The notes below the pieces were generated by a model. The model was not told the DNA's origin. It made no database searches and worked only from the letters and a program-made list of their open reading frames with translations. Below are positions 1 through 13,509 of a stretch of 64,000 nt of DNA, piece after piece. Position numbers and translations under genes: made by a program. Origin of the DNA: Lama guanicoe. Taxonomy: Eukaryota. The stretch lies in NCBI GenBank assembly GCA_013239625.1, contig MU054187.1:9569231-9633230 (forward strand), in the 5' to 3' direction. Numbering within the stretch: position 1 is the first letter of the stretch; each line of letters starts with the position of its first letter.

Positions 1-138
1 GAGATCACAGCACCAGCCTGTCTTTTGTGGACCGGCACAATGATCCCCGAGCCAGACTGGATTAGGAAACCTCGCGACTAGGGGTTCAGAGAGAGGCCTC
101 CGGTTCCCAGGCACTTTTGGGGAGAGAAGGCTGAAGCG

Positions 139-205
139 ATGCATCAGATTTACAGCTGCAGTGATGAAAATATAGAAGTTTTCACCACCGTGATTCCTTC
201 CAAGG
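139..205 (+). CDS. VXN: Vexin coding exon 1 (MHQIYSCSDENIEVFTTVIPSK + 1 nt)
   Basis: ATG at 139; translation matches the recalled vexin/C8orf46 N-terminus; donor G|GTGAGT at 206; phase 1 joins exon 2. Too short for the ORF track. Confidence 0.93.
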
Positions 206-3200
206 GTGAGTAAAATTGCCCTTGACCGTTTCCTTAACGCGGCACGCAGGAGGGTAAAAACGATCACGTGCTGTTTTCCCCTCGGGTCTCTGAGGTCTGA
301 TCATCTCTGTTTTGATGGTGTTTGCGGTTATTGTTTCTGAAAAGGAGGCACATGGATGGACATCAGTCACTGAGAAACAATCCATCAAGGGGGAACGAGA
401 GAGTTAAATACTCCCCGTTTCACTTAATTCGATCCTGGGAACCTAATATGCCAAACAAAAGTGACAGCAAGCCATTGTTTTAGGAAACAGAGATGAAAAC
501 AAAATTTCCAGGGCAGCTAGCTAGATTCTGTCATCTTCGCCAGTGAGCAGGTGGGCTCTGAAACGAGAAGCAGCGCAAAAGTATGCTTTCTAACTGTGCC
601 GTGAAATGTGAGGAGACAGCCTGCTGGCAGTGGCCTAAAGTCCAATGGAGCAGTCAAATACTGCCCTGACCGAGGCTGGCCTCTGCCCAGACCCTAGGGC
701 CACACTCCCAAACTTAACCTGCAACTGGCACTGCCAAAGAGTGTGACTTTGTAAAAGCTCTGATGCTCAGAGGTGAACAGGTGAATGGTGTCAAGTCCCG
801 GGAAGGGCTCTGTTTGAGAGCACAGAGACCCAGGGGTCTGGATCCTGGAAAGTTCCCTCGCCTCCTGCAGAGCTCGGCCCTCTCTTCTGCCCCCTCAGTG
901 CTCTCTCTGCTGCCCCTGTCTTGCTGGGAGAGCCCAGGACCTCAGCTTAGCCCCTGGTCTCACTATCAGGTTGAATGAAGAGGGCTGGATGCTCGCTGGT
1001 GCTGTGACCCCCTGTTCAAACAAGTCCTTTTCTCCCCGTGTCAGCCACTGACAGGGCTACTGCTGGGGGGAAGGGAGAGGCTCAGTCCAGCCACAAAGAG
1101 ACAGCCAGTGGAACATAAATTAAGCTTTAGACATCTATTGCCAGATAGAGGGACAGGAAAAGAGAACTGGGAGTCTGCCCACGTGCTGAAGTTGGGACTC
1201 TCTGGAGACTCTGGAATGTACCTGGAAAGTCAAGTTGGACCCTCTGACCCAGCAGTCCCACTTCTGGGTAAGCACCCTTCCACGTGGATGCTCACAAGGG
1301 CCCTGAGTCTCCAAGGGCAAACCTGAAAGCAACCTAAGTGTCCCTGAAGAGGGAACGGGGTAAAATGCGGTGTCATCATAGTCTAGAATACTCCACAGCA
1401 GTCAACAAGGATGAACTAATCTATGTGGATGGACACAGAGAGGTCCCAAAAGCATGATGTGGGGGGAAAAAAAGGGCAGGCTGAAAAAGTATACATATAT
1501 GATAATTATTACATCTGGAAATACAAAACAATACTATATATTGTTTATGGATACATACCTGGAGGAAAATATAAAATACATAGGCTAGAAAGACACAGAG
1601 AAAGTTACTGATGTTAGTAGCCCTGAAGAGGGAGGGAAGTAGAATTAGGGGATGTAGAAAGGGGACCAAAACTTGCCTTCTAATTTTTTATTTCCTTTAT
1701 ATGAAAAGGAAAAAAATTAAAAGCAAATATGAAGATGTTAGAATGTGAATTTTCTGTAATCTTTTTCCATTTAAAAAAATTAAAGAGAGAAAAACATCAA
1801 GGTGGAATGCCTTTTAAATTAAAAACTTATTATGAGGTTCAGGAGCAATGTTATACTTCACCTGGAGAAAATCATTCAAAACGGGGCCTTTGATTCCATT
1901 TGCTTAGCAGAGTAGTCAAGAGATCTATTGCCACTTCTGTGCTGTGTGACCTTGGGCAGGCACTTAACCTCTCTGGGCCTGAGTTGCCACTCTTGTAAAA
2001 GGGAGAACTTAGTCATTTCTATTTTTATCCCATATTTAGAGCAATGAATATGTTGAGTCAAAGATAAACAGTCAATCCTATCTTCCCTTCTTACCATTTT
2101 TATTCATGGCCACCTCCTGGTATTAAACCAAACAGTCATCAGTATTCATGGGCAGGTCATTGCTCAGGAAGCTGTTCCAGAAAAGGAACATTTGCAGTTT
2201 TATGTCAGAATGGAAGTGGAAGAAGTCCACCTCTTCCTGTGCCTTGTTTTTCCTCATCTTGCCTTCTCCAGAGCCAGCAAGCGGAGGGCTCCCAGGGGGA
2301 GAAGGTGGCACTAGGCTCTGTTTAAGTCATTGCTTAGGAGAGAGATCGGTACCTCCTCATTCCATCCCTGTATTCCCTGACTGCAGAAATACTGGCTGGT
2401 TTGATTTTTCCCTAATGAAGGTCATAGTCTCCCTGGGATGCTCTTTCCCAAATGCTCCTGTTTAGCTGTGTCTATTCCACATGAAATGACCAAAGCATTT
2501 ACCGAGCATAAGTTCAGCAGCCTGGAGTTCAAGAGCGTTGGCCCTGTTCCACCACCGTGTGACCTCTAACCCTCAGTATCTACCTACAAAACAGAATTAC
2601 TGAAGAGACCCTACCCTACAGAGTTGCTGTGAGGAGTGACTAAGAGAAGGAAATAAACCAGCCCCCGGGAAAGCTCACTGTGAGCCATTAATCCATTTAT
2701 TACTATTCTGTTATATCCCTCTTTCCAACACACATATATTGAGTTCAGCCTAACATCTAGGCATTTCTTTAGCTGAGCCATCTTAATACCTCCCCAAAAT
2801 AAGGCAACATCAAGTGTTGTAGCATTTCTTAAGTATTTTAAAGGCACAAGACATAGATCAAGTCTGTAACTGAGGACCAATGTGTACTTTTACCTCCTAG
2901 AGAGGAGAGCCCTTTAAGAGAAAGGTTTCATAGGCACAATTCACAGTAAACACAAAAGATAAAAGCTGTGGTTTTACCCAGAACTTATACCAGTGGGTTT
3001 AGTGCAAGGGTGAACAGTACCACAGCATTCAAAACAATTCTCCTGGGGAGAAACCAGCATGAGGAAGGGTTGGCAGGGGGAAATCCGGGAACAGCAGGAG
3101 GGAACGGAGGAAACTCCAGAAAGAGAACGCCTGACGGATGCCAGTCCCTTGAGGTTATCACTGATTGCTTTCACCTGCCCTCGTCTTGCAGAGAAAGAGG

Positions 3201-3714
3201 ACAATCATTACAACCACTGTGAACTCCTGGGAACTCACTCTGCCAGGCGCCAGGCCAAGGGCTTTATAAACATCAGTCCAGTTAATCCTCACCGCAGCCC
3301 TCTGACGTAGGTGCTGGTTTTTCCCCTGCCTTCCAGGTGAGGAAAGGGAGGTTTAGAGAGGATGAGTCATTTGCCCAAGTCACATAACTGGCAAGTGGTC
3401 GAGTTTGATTCACACCCAGGTGAGAGGAGCCAGGAGCCCTAGCTCTTAAACAGCGCTCGGCACTCCTGGTTTCACAGCCGCAGGTGCCCTGCAGAAGGTA
3501 ACAGCAACCCAGCTCTTACCCGATCACTGGTCTGATGTGTGACAAGAAGTCCTTTCCCTTCCAGGCAGGGCAGTTACAAGGTGGGATTCCATTTCCAAGT
3601 AAATCACTCCAGCATCAACGTGCAAAAGAGATGCTGGGCTGTCTCCGTTTTCAACAACATACACAACTTTTCCCAACCGAGGAACTTTTCTGTGATTAAT
3701 TGATTCTCTGAGGT

Positions 3715-4195
3715 TTTTTAAATTGTGGTAAAATACACAGAATATAAAATCTACCACTTCACCATTTTTTAGGTGTCCAGTTCTGTGGCATTACCTACAT
3801 TGTAGTACAACCATCACCACCATCCATTTCCTCAATTTTTTCATCTTCCCAAACTGGAATTCTGCACTCATTAAATAATAACTCCCCATTCCTCCTTCCT
3901 CCAGCCCCGGGTAACCCCTATTCTAGTTTCTGTCTTCGTGAATTTGACTAGTTGAGGTATCTCATATAAGCAAACTCATATAATATTTGTCCTTTTGTAT
4001 CTGGCTTATTTCACTTAGTTTAATGTTCTCAAGGTTCATCCATGTTATAGCTTGTATCAGAATTTCATTCTTTCTTAAGGTTGAGTGATGTTCCATTGTA
4101 TGTATGGACCACATGTAGTTTATCCATTCATTTGTTAATGGACATTTGGGCTATTTCTACCTTTTAACTATTGCAAATAGTACTGCTGTGAGCTT
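3715..4195 (-). mobile_element. Old L1 (L1M-type) 3' fragment
   Basis: Typical antisense L1 3' end text (TTTTTTAAATTGTGGTAAAATACAC...GGCTTATTTCACTTAG...CAAGGTTCATCCATGTT...). Boundaries approximate. Confidence 0.75.
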
Positions 4196-4365
4196 TGGTG
4201 CGCTCAACCAGGTAACATCTAAAATTGTGCTTGCACCCACCTCTTTCCCCCACCCACCCCCCACGCCCTGTCCCACTCCAGGTGCAGACCCTCTGGGGAT
4301 GGCTACTGTAGCTACATCAGCCTCACAGGTGTTCTCAAAAACCATTCCTTTCTCTCTCTCTGCAG

Positions 4366-4421
4366 TGTCCAGTCCAGCCAGAAGAAGAGTCAAAAGCTCT
4401 CAACACCTCCTAACCAAGAAT
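4366..4421 (+). CDS. VXN: Vexin coding exon 2 (VSSPARRRVKSSQHLLTKN)
   Basis: Polypyrimidine tract ending TGCAG at 4365; donor GTAAGG at 4422; 56 nt, phase 1 to 0; the peptide is visible inside ORF 4146..4442. Confidence 0.93.
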
Positions 4422-4867
4422 GTAAGGAAACTTCAGTTTTGATCCCTTTTATTGACTTTGATTAAAAAAGCAACGTCTAGCTTCTTCCCTCTCTCCCTCT
4501 CCTCTCAACAACCAGGAAGGGTTTCTGTAGCCCCTGTTGTTGCTGCCGCACCCTCAGTCCTCCAATTACCCCAAATATCCGACAAATGTCACCCAGACCA
4601 CAAACAGCCCAGCATCAGACCCTCTTCTTCTGCCATTTTCCCCACAGAAAGTAATTTTCATTTTCTATATACATTTTTTTTTAAACACAATGTGGGTACA
4701 GCATCCCTGACCTGGGTCTTCTCCTATTGTTGGCATTTGCACTGTTCCATTTTTTCACTATCATAAGTAGCAGTGCAGTGAATTTGTTTGTACCAAATAC
4801 TATTCTTTCGGATTAATTATGTGGAGTAGAGACCTCAAAGTAGAAGTAAAAGGATAAGAATAGTTTA

Positions 4868-4891
4868 ATCCATCCATCCATCCATCCATCC
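4868..4891. repeat. (ATCC)6 microsatellite
   Basis: Read directly. Confidence 0.9.
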
Positions 4892-6717
4892 AATATTTGC
4901 ATTCCTGTGTGTGAGACACTGGGCTAAATATGGAAAATATAACAATGATTTTTAAAAGATGGTTTCTGCTTACAGTTTCATCATATACTACCAGGAATTC
5001 TGAACAACTGCCAGGCTTCCAACAATGCTTTTCCATTTAACTCCAACCTCACCAACATTGGCTTTCATTTTTTTGTATTATCTTTTGCTACTTTAATAAG
5101 CACACATATCATCTTAAAGTTAGTTTACACGTCTTTAGAGCTTGTGAATTTTTCATTTACTTACAGATTTCTTTATATAAAAGCTGTCAATATGTCTTTG
5201 TACTTTAATTTGAAAAGTTTGTTTTAACCGCTGATTGTTTCTTCTTGGCTATACTGGAGTTTCTATTACTATCACAATTTTTTGTAGAACACTATTTTCA
5301 TTTTCTAAGCATCTCAATTTTTAAAATCCTACTCTCCATTTTTTAAAATAATTTTTAAGTGACCTGGGAATGTTGTTTAATATACATTTATTACTTTTTA
5401 AATTCCCAAAATTCCCAAAGCAGTATGTGCTCATTATAAATTTCAAACACAAAAAAGACATAAAATACGGTACCAGAAAATACTGAGAAGCTGTAGAACA
5501 TAGTGGTTAGGTATGTAGACTCGAGTCAGCTGCCTGGTTTCTATCCATTTCCCAGGTTTAAATCCTAGCTCTATTTCTAGCTACCTGACCTTGGGCAAAT
5601 TGCCCAACCATCCTGGGACTCAACTTCCTTAGCATTAAAATGTGGATAGTGAGAGCACAGATCTCTAGAACCATTGGAAGGAGCAAATGATTTAACACAT
5701 GTAAAGTGCTTCAACCAGAGCCCAACACATACTGAGCATTCCAAAAGCACTGGTGTTTTTTTCAGTGAAAATTTCTCATAGACTAACATGATATGCTGTA
5801 TTGCTCAATAACATACTGTTTTACAATTTGCTTTTTTCACTAAACAATACATTTTGAACATATTTACATGCCAGTTAATACATACAGATCGTCCCCAATC
5901 TTTATGGAGGCTGTATAGTATACCATTCTATGAATGTAGTTTTTCATCCAAACCAAATCTGAAGATTTTTCTGCATTAATTATTTAGCCAAACCATCAAT
6001 AAATGGGGTTTCCCCATTTTCTCCACTGAAACAATGCCACAAGAAATATTTTTGAACAAATTTTTTATGCTGTTATGCAAATGTTTTTGAGGATAAATTC
6101 ATAGATATGAAAATGCTGAGTCATCAAATCAACACCTTATACTTAAATTTATACAATGTAATACAACAATTTTATCTCAATTTAAAAAAGGAAAGAAAAT
6201 GCTCAAAGGATATGAACACTGAAAAAAAGTTACAGCCATTACCAAATTCTTAGCAACTGTTTTAAAGTACTTTTAGCAGAACTCCTGAGCCAATACTGCA
6301 TGGTATCAACGTTGTTAATCTTTAACAATCTCACAGATGAAAACATCTTAATTTTAATTTTCATTTTTTAAATTATTAACATCATTCTCCATCTTTTCAT
6401 AGATTTTGATATTTTTTCCCTCTGGGTTAAAAGAAATGTCTTTTGTTCATTTTTCTGTCAGTTGTATGTCTTTTTTAAATGGCTTTTGAAAATATTTTAT
6501 ATATTAAGAAAGGGTTTTAATGGGTTTTTTGTTGTAGGGCAGGAAATTCTTATCTTTCTCATGGGGCCTGGAAACTTCAGCCCACAGTCTAGAAGGAAAA
6601 TGCTCCTGACTTCCAAGGAGCAGTGGGTGTTACCAAAAATGGAAAGGGAAGGGTTTTTTGTGGGTAATTTAGAGTTTGAGAACAGACCTTTCGGTCAAAG
6701 ACTTGAGTTTGGCATTA

Positions 6718-7200
6718 CAGATGGTCCCCGACTTATGAGAGTTTGACTTTGATGATTTTCGTCTTTACGATGATGCCAAGGAGAATTGTATTCAGAAACC
6801 ATACTTGGAATCTTAGATTTTGATCTTTCCCGGACTAGCAATATGTGGGATGGTACTCAACCGTGCTGCTGGGCCGAAGCCTCCAGTCGGCCACACGATC
6901 ACAAGGATAAACAAATGATGGACTTAGAACCATTCTGCACCCAACCATTCTGTTTTTCACTTCAGTCCAGTATTTGATCAACTGTATGAGATATTGAACA
7001 CTTTATTGTAAAATAGGCTTTGTGTGAGATGATTTTGCCCAACCATAGGCTGATGTAAGTATTGTGAGCACATTTAAGGTAGGCTAGGCTAAGCTGTAAT
7101 GTTTGGTAGGTTAGCTGTATTAAATGCATTTTCCACTTAGGATATTGGTGGGGGGAGCATTTATCAGGATGTAACCCCGTTGTAAGTCAAAGAAGATCTG
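6718..7200 (-). mobile_element. TcMar-Tigger non-autonomous DNA transposon (Tigger3/MER7-like)
   Basis: Imperfect TIRs CAGATGGTCCCCGACTTA... and ...TAAGTCAAAGAAGATCTG; TA duplications at 6716-6717 and 7201-7202; internal text like recalled Tigger3 (TTAAGGTAGGCTAGGCTAAGCT). Confidence 0.8.
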
Positions 7201-10200
7201 TATTCCAGATTTGAAGGAGCCACAAAATCGTTCATGACTCAAGAGTGATCCCCTGGGAATTAGGAACGTTTAGTTTTCAACCAACTTCTTGCCTTGAATT
7301 TCTAACTTTAAATGATCTTCCTGTCTGAATCACCCCTTATACCAATACCTACTGACTTTATAAGGAGAAACTGTGACTATGAAAGCTTAAAAATGGAAAC
7401 TAAATCCTACTTTCTAGGAGTTAAAGAGGGTTCTAGGGAAGAAATTTCTCAAGGGATTTAGAACCTAAACAAAGGAGATAACTCTCAATGGTAGAGGTGA
7501 AGCCACATGAGCTTGATACACACGAAACCCCAAACCATAGGGCACAGCCCCCTGGAAGACCCAACTGACTTCAGCCTGGCTCTGCAGAACCATGCTCTCA
7601 GCTCTCCTGGGAATGGAAATTTTTGAGAAAGACTGCTATGTCTATGGTTTATGACTCTGCCTCTCTAAAATATTTTTACAGAGGGGAAAAAAAAGACTCA
7701 AGTATATGAATATACATAAAAATAACTTTTGATCAAAAAAAATCAGAAGCTAAGGCCTTGTCTTCAAACACGAAATCTTCCCCCAGGTGAGAGAGTTTAA
7801 TAACACCCTCTGGCCTTTGAGCTCTCTGAATTTCTGATTTCCCCTAACAGCCTGACTCGTCCTTTGCTCATAAAACTCAGACCCAGCCGAACAGAACATT
7901 CAAATTAGAAAAGACAGGAAAGGTCTTATTCTACCTAAGACAGGGAAACTGAGTCCCAAAGCAGAAAGAACTGTCTCTGATCTTTTCTTTCCTCATCCAA
8001 CTGACTCTTGTCTTCGAGTTCCCAAGAAAATCATTCATATTTTGCAACTGCTTTAATGTACCAATATTTAGGACTTTTTTCTTGAAATTCTTACTTGCGT
8101 CTATTCTCAGCCCTTGGGCTACCATATGGATGTCAGGCTCTTTACAAGTATCTCTTTCCTCTCTCAACCATCCTTAGTGTTGCAGTTTCCTCCCTCTCTG
8201 GACCCCTCATAAGTTCCATTTTCTTCTTCTCCAGTTTCACCAGTCCTTTCCCCACTACCCGCTCTGATTCTCAGGCAATTTTATTAACATCCTGATCATC
8301 CTGATGCTGCCAACATCATAAGGACATCAAGGAAGAAATTTTAGGAAATTTGAAGGAATAAATTTCCCTGAAGTGTGGGTCAGTTAGGACTCCGGGTACC
8401 AGGGAGCCATCACCACTGTGATTCACAGCCCCTCCACAATAAGCAGCAGCGCCATCATCAGGAAAGATGGAGAAATGAGACTGCAAATACCACATTCTCC
8501 CCAGATTTCAACCTTGTGGAGGAGGGAATCTGGTGATTTGCTATTTCAAAATGCACTGAGCCATCAATTGCACTTGAAAATTCCTACCTGGAGTCAGCAC
8601 TTCAGTGGGTCTTACAAAGAGCAGTCCCTTAGGAGTCATGAAAGCATGGTTCTCGTCCAGGCTCTGCCCCTTATAGCTCTGTGACCTTGAAGACACACAG
8701 CCTCCCTTGGCCTCAGTTACCCTATAGGTAAGATGAGGGATTTGGACTAGAACTTTGTTGTGGATCCCATCAGCCCCGAATCATCATGCTTCTCCATCAC
8801 CTAGGTCTCACTTGCCTTTCTAACCTCCTACCGGCCCCCTAGGTCTTTGACTTCAGCCCAGCAGGGGAGCATCAATCTACTTCAGTAAAGCTGTTGCTCT
8901 AGTACATTCCTATTTCCAGCAGGCAATTTGGTGAAATTTGACCTCAGAAAGGAAAATTCGACATAAAACCCCTGTCTCCCCTTCCCCACTCCCTAATCTC
9001 AGCCCTGCACTCAGTGTGCTAAAGAGCCTGCTCTCAGACCAGCTTGTTCTAAGACCAGTGAGCAGCAGCCAGCCTAGACTGTGTCCTACCGACCAGAAAA
9101 TAAGCCAGGTCGTCGGGAGGCCTTCAGGAAGTCACAAGCACACATCCAGCTGTCCATGCCGCGGTGTGGACCTAATGCACTGCCCTGCACCCTCTCAGTG
9201 CCTCCACTGTTACGGGAAACTAAAACCAAGCACAAGACCAGCTAAGAAAGGGACGTTTTCCAAGCTGAGCCCTCTCCTCTTTCCTTTCCTGCTTTGGCAT
9301 CCTTCAGGGACAGAGAAGATAACTTGCCAAGGCACCTGGGAAGTAACCAGCCTCATCCCCACCCCAGGAAACCTACATCCAGAGGTGGGCTGAGCAGCTA
9401 ATGCCTCTCCACTCGCTCCCTGCCCAGTCCCTTCGCCCAGCTACAGTGCAGAGAAGGGACGACAGAGGAACATCTGCTTCCCTTTCAGAGGTGCTGGGTC
9501 CTCCCAGACCCCTCAGGCTTTTACGCCCTGCATTACTTTCTCCTTCTACAAAACAGGCTGGAACACACGCCAGTCCTCATTCCTCACTAGAGGAATGCTG
9601 AGAGAATGAACATAAAATCCCAAATACCTGTGATGGGAGGTTGACAGCCAAAGGCCTCTGGATGTCAGTAATGAGGCTCAGGTCTCTCCCATTCACCCTG
9701 GATGTCCACATCCCAGGGGAGGGCCCTGAGGCCCAACGGTACACATGTCCAGGGGAAGGGGCTCTGAAATGCCGTTTATCCAGAAAATGCCAGTATTCTG
9801 GGCAACACCATGGCAGAGGGCAGTGCTAAGAGGAGGGAAGGAAAGGGAGAGAGCTGAGGAAGTTGTGCAGGGTGACAAGTCCAGGCCACCCTCTGCTGCG
9901 CCTCACAGCCCTCAGTGAGCTGGTGTAGGGCGGACGGGCACTGCCCTCAGCCTGCCCTGAAGGCTTGTTGGAAACCCAACAGAAACACCACCTTCTAATC
10001 ATTTTGCAATTTATAAACGTATCAAATCAACACACTGTTCCCCTTAAAATTATACAATCATATGTGTCCATTCTATCTCAACAAAGCAGGGGTAGCGGGA
10101 GAATAAATATTCTAAATTATTGGAGGGAAAAAACCATTTTCTGCAATGCCCAGAGAAGAAGGCGGACTAATCCTAAGTGCTCCTGAATTATCCCCAGCTC

Positions 10201-12159
10201 TCTCCAGAGACACAGAATGAGCCTGGGTCCTAAAACTGGGCATGAGAAGAGTTAATTTCCTAAGCCAGATGAGACCAAATTTGGAATATATTAATTTTCT
10301 AAGCAAAGAACTATTTGCAATAAAAGCAAAGAATGACAGCCGCCCCACCCCCGGCCCCTTCTTCCTCTGTGGCAGACAGGGCTGCTCTTCGACGCTGCAG
10401 GTAAACAGGTGGAACGAGGGAAGAGAGCCTGCTGTGCTCCTGAAATCCTTGCGGAGGACCAGCAGGGACTGCTCCCCAACACAGCGAGGATGGGGGGAAA
10501 GGACCCCCTTCCACATAACCTCAAAGTATCAAACCTGGGGCTAGAACTCAGGGCTGCACAACCCCACGCGGAGGTTAACTTCATCACTGACAATCGATAG
10601 GAGAAAAAACAATTTTGTTTTAACGTGCGTTTAATTATTGTTGTTGAACATCTTTCATGTTTACTGGCTATTTGCATGTCTATTGTCAATCGCCAGGTGT
10701 TTTCTGGCCCCATTTTTCTACTGTTTTTCTTCCTCTTTTTTGATTTGTAAGAGTTTTATGTACATAGGGATAACTCCCTATTTATCCATAACAAATGCTA
10801 ACATTGACCCATATTCTATTCCAGTGTTTGTTTTTGGGTTTGGGTTGTTTGGTTTTCTTTTTAACATGCATCTTTGATCTGTCTGGTATTCATTTTGGTA
10901 TGACAAGTGTGGACACTGATCCGTTTCCTGGGTGGCCTGACATTTATTCCAACAACATTTATTAAAGGTCCAATTTTTCGCCAGTAAACTATCACCCTAA
11001 TATAATATTTAAAAATTCAGTCTTCTTTGCCTCAGCTCCCTCCACGATTGTTATATGTGGACAACTGAAGGGGATTCACCAAAGACTAGACTCTAAGGGT
11101 GGAGATGGGTCCACCTCACTCACAGATACACCCAGGGCCCAGGATCTGCATGGAAATGCCCTCGCAGGATGTCTGCAGAGGGAAGGAGCAGGTGAGCAAG
11201 AGAATGAGCAAACACAAGCCTCAGAGAAGCTGCCATGTAATGTTGGAGGTTCCAACCTGCTTCAAAGGAGAGAAGAAACTGAATGACCCCAGTGTCGTAG
11301 CTATGCATAAAAATATGCAGGATATGCGCCACAAACTGCTAAGACTCCCCTTGTCACCTGTGATATTAAGATAAATATCATTTGTATTACTTGTCTCAAA
11401 TTTTTACATTTAAATTATTTCAATGAATTCAGTATTGTTACTATATTTTTAAAGGCCCCTTTCAATGGAATCTGACAAAAGGGGTATTCCTCTTAATGTT
11501 CTCCCCAAAACAACTATTCAGCGGGTGGTCATGATTGAAAACACCTTAGCATTTAGCGTTCTGCTCTGGCTTACCAGCTTCCACTTACCCAGCCACACGT
11601 CCTAGAAATTCATCTCCCAGCCGACACAGACAGGCATCCTGCACGGTGGGGGACTGTGAGTAGCCGGGAGCCCTGCCTGCTGTGTTCCCTGCAGCTTCTT
11701 CCTTTTCACAACCAGGGAATCAGTTGGGCCCGGAGTCCTCTCCCCAGGTCTCCCCTCTGCAGGAGCATCCAGAAACCCGCGTGAACCAGGGCGCTTACTC
11801 AGCTGCAGGTCCGATTTCTAGGACCGTCTTCATTTCAAATAGCCTGTCCTGTTGTCAAACCATGTGGGGCCCTGGGACAGGTGACCGGCCCCAGTATGGG
11901 GCCTAATGGCCCAGATTTCTGACTCGTGAAGGGGCTGCTGGTGAGGAACCCCCCAGAAGCCTCACTTTCCTGCAGCGTGGTACCACTGGACATGCTGAAG
12001 TTAAATGCCACAGGTCACTGCTTCAGGCCAGTCAGCCCAAGTGTTCTCACTGCTCCTAGCAGCGTTTGGGGTAAGGAAGGTCCATCTGCAAGGCTGCAGT
12101 CCTGGGCCATGGCTGTGGGTTCTGGATTCCAGGAGAGGAACAAGCTGACGGTCCTTCCT

Positions 12160-12620
12160 CCTCGGCAGGTGGTGTTCGAGTCAGAGCTGTACACGCCCAG
12201 GCCCCTGGAGCTGCTGCCGCACAGGAGCGACCGCCGCGACGTTGAGGGCCGCAGGGCCAGCCGGTTCCAGAACGCCCGGCTGCAGGGACCCCACTCCGGC
12301 AAGACCCCCGCCAGGCCTGGTACGTGTGTCCGTGGCCCATGGCCCCAGGGCCTCCCTGGGGGGCAGTGACCCACTTAGAGCAGCTGCTACAGAGTCCGCG
12401 TCCTGGCATGTGTTTATTCCAACCACATCGTGGTCCTCCCTGGCGTCCTCCATCAGGCCAGGTGCGCAGAGCTCGCGTGGCGCGGGGGCTCCGCGTTTCC
12501 GCTGTGCGCGCTGTTCGGCTCTGACTGCGCCTGCTCTCGGGCGCCACCTACAGCAGCACCACGGAACTCCTTCCGCCTGCAAATACCCGCGCCTGCGCCT
12601 GCGTAATGAGCCAAGACGCG
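12160..12620. promoter_or_regulatory. Small intragenic CpG-rich island over VXN exon 3 and the start of intron 3
   Basis: Visibly high GC and CpG density compared with the flanks; NRF1-like GCGCCTGCGC at 12589-12598. Confidence 0.6.
12169..12319 (+). CDS. VXN: Vexin coding exon 3 (VVFESELYTPRPLELLPHRSDRRDVEGRRASRFQNARLQGPHSGKTPARP + 1 nt)
   Basis: Acceptor CCTTCCTCCTCGGCAG ending at 12168; donor GTACGT at 12320; 151 nt, phase 0 to 1; resembles recalled vexin ...LYTHQPLELLPHR... Confidence 0.92.
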
Positions 12621-12750
12621 CTCATCTACCATCTTATTCCACAGGCAGTCCTGCTGGATTCAGGAGGAGATAAAAATTATTATATTCTGGGGGAGAGGAA
12701 ACCAGTGTAGACACGACCCATGAAGCAAAAGGAGCTTCCATTATTTTACG

Positions 12751-12752
<2 letters not shown>

Positions 12753-12787
<35 letters not shown>

Positions 12788-12800
12788 TGTCTGTGTGTGT
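12753..12800. repeat. (GT)17 plus imperfect extension
   Basis: Read directly. Confidence 0.95.
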
Positions 12801-13509
12801 AATTATACAGGCTCTTCAACAACTGCCATCTTAAAACCTCATCATTTAAAATTTGAATGACTTAAGCTATTTCAACAATCTATTAAAAGAATTTAGAGAC
12901 AAATTTGTTTTGAAAGCTGGAAACACTGAAGTCTTACCTTTGACGCTATTTTCTAAAATGGCTTCCACCCCAAGCAATTAAACAGGAATCTGTGTCTAGC
13001 CTGCTGAAGTCTGTGATGATATTTTGCCCTTAACTGCTGGTTTCAGTTATTTCTGTTATGCCCATAGCCTAGAGTTATTCATATTTTAAATTCCAAAAAT
13101 ACACAAGAAGTCTTGGACGTCCTTCTCAAAGCTTTGGGTGTCAACAATTTTGAATGTTACAAGAACTGAAATTAGACTCCATTGAGTATATCTCTTCATT
13201 CATCCATCTTCTCTCCTTCCTCCTTCGTATGTTAGACTGGATCTCTAAGGTTTCTTTGGTCACTGACACCCTGGTCCTGTTTTTATGATCTAAGGTATAA
13301 AGGCACATAAATCAAGCCATGTTTTCTAGTTAAGTGATTACATATATACATTTTTATGTAAAGTGAAGCCATTAGGAAATTGCAATCTGCCTTGCAAATT
13401 AAGAGGAGATAAATTTTTCCATCTATATATATGTAGGTGGGTGGGAGGGTGGGTGCATGTGTGTAGAAAGGAAAAGATTATCTTCTCTACAAAATCATAA
13501 AATGAATTT

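Noticed and set aside
11926..12673. Stack of overlapping 120-160 aa ORFs on both strands
   Set aside because: GC-rich DNA is poor in stop codons; only 12169-12319 has splice signals and vexin similarity.
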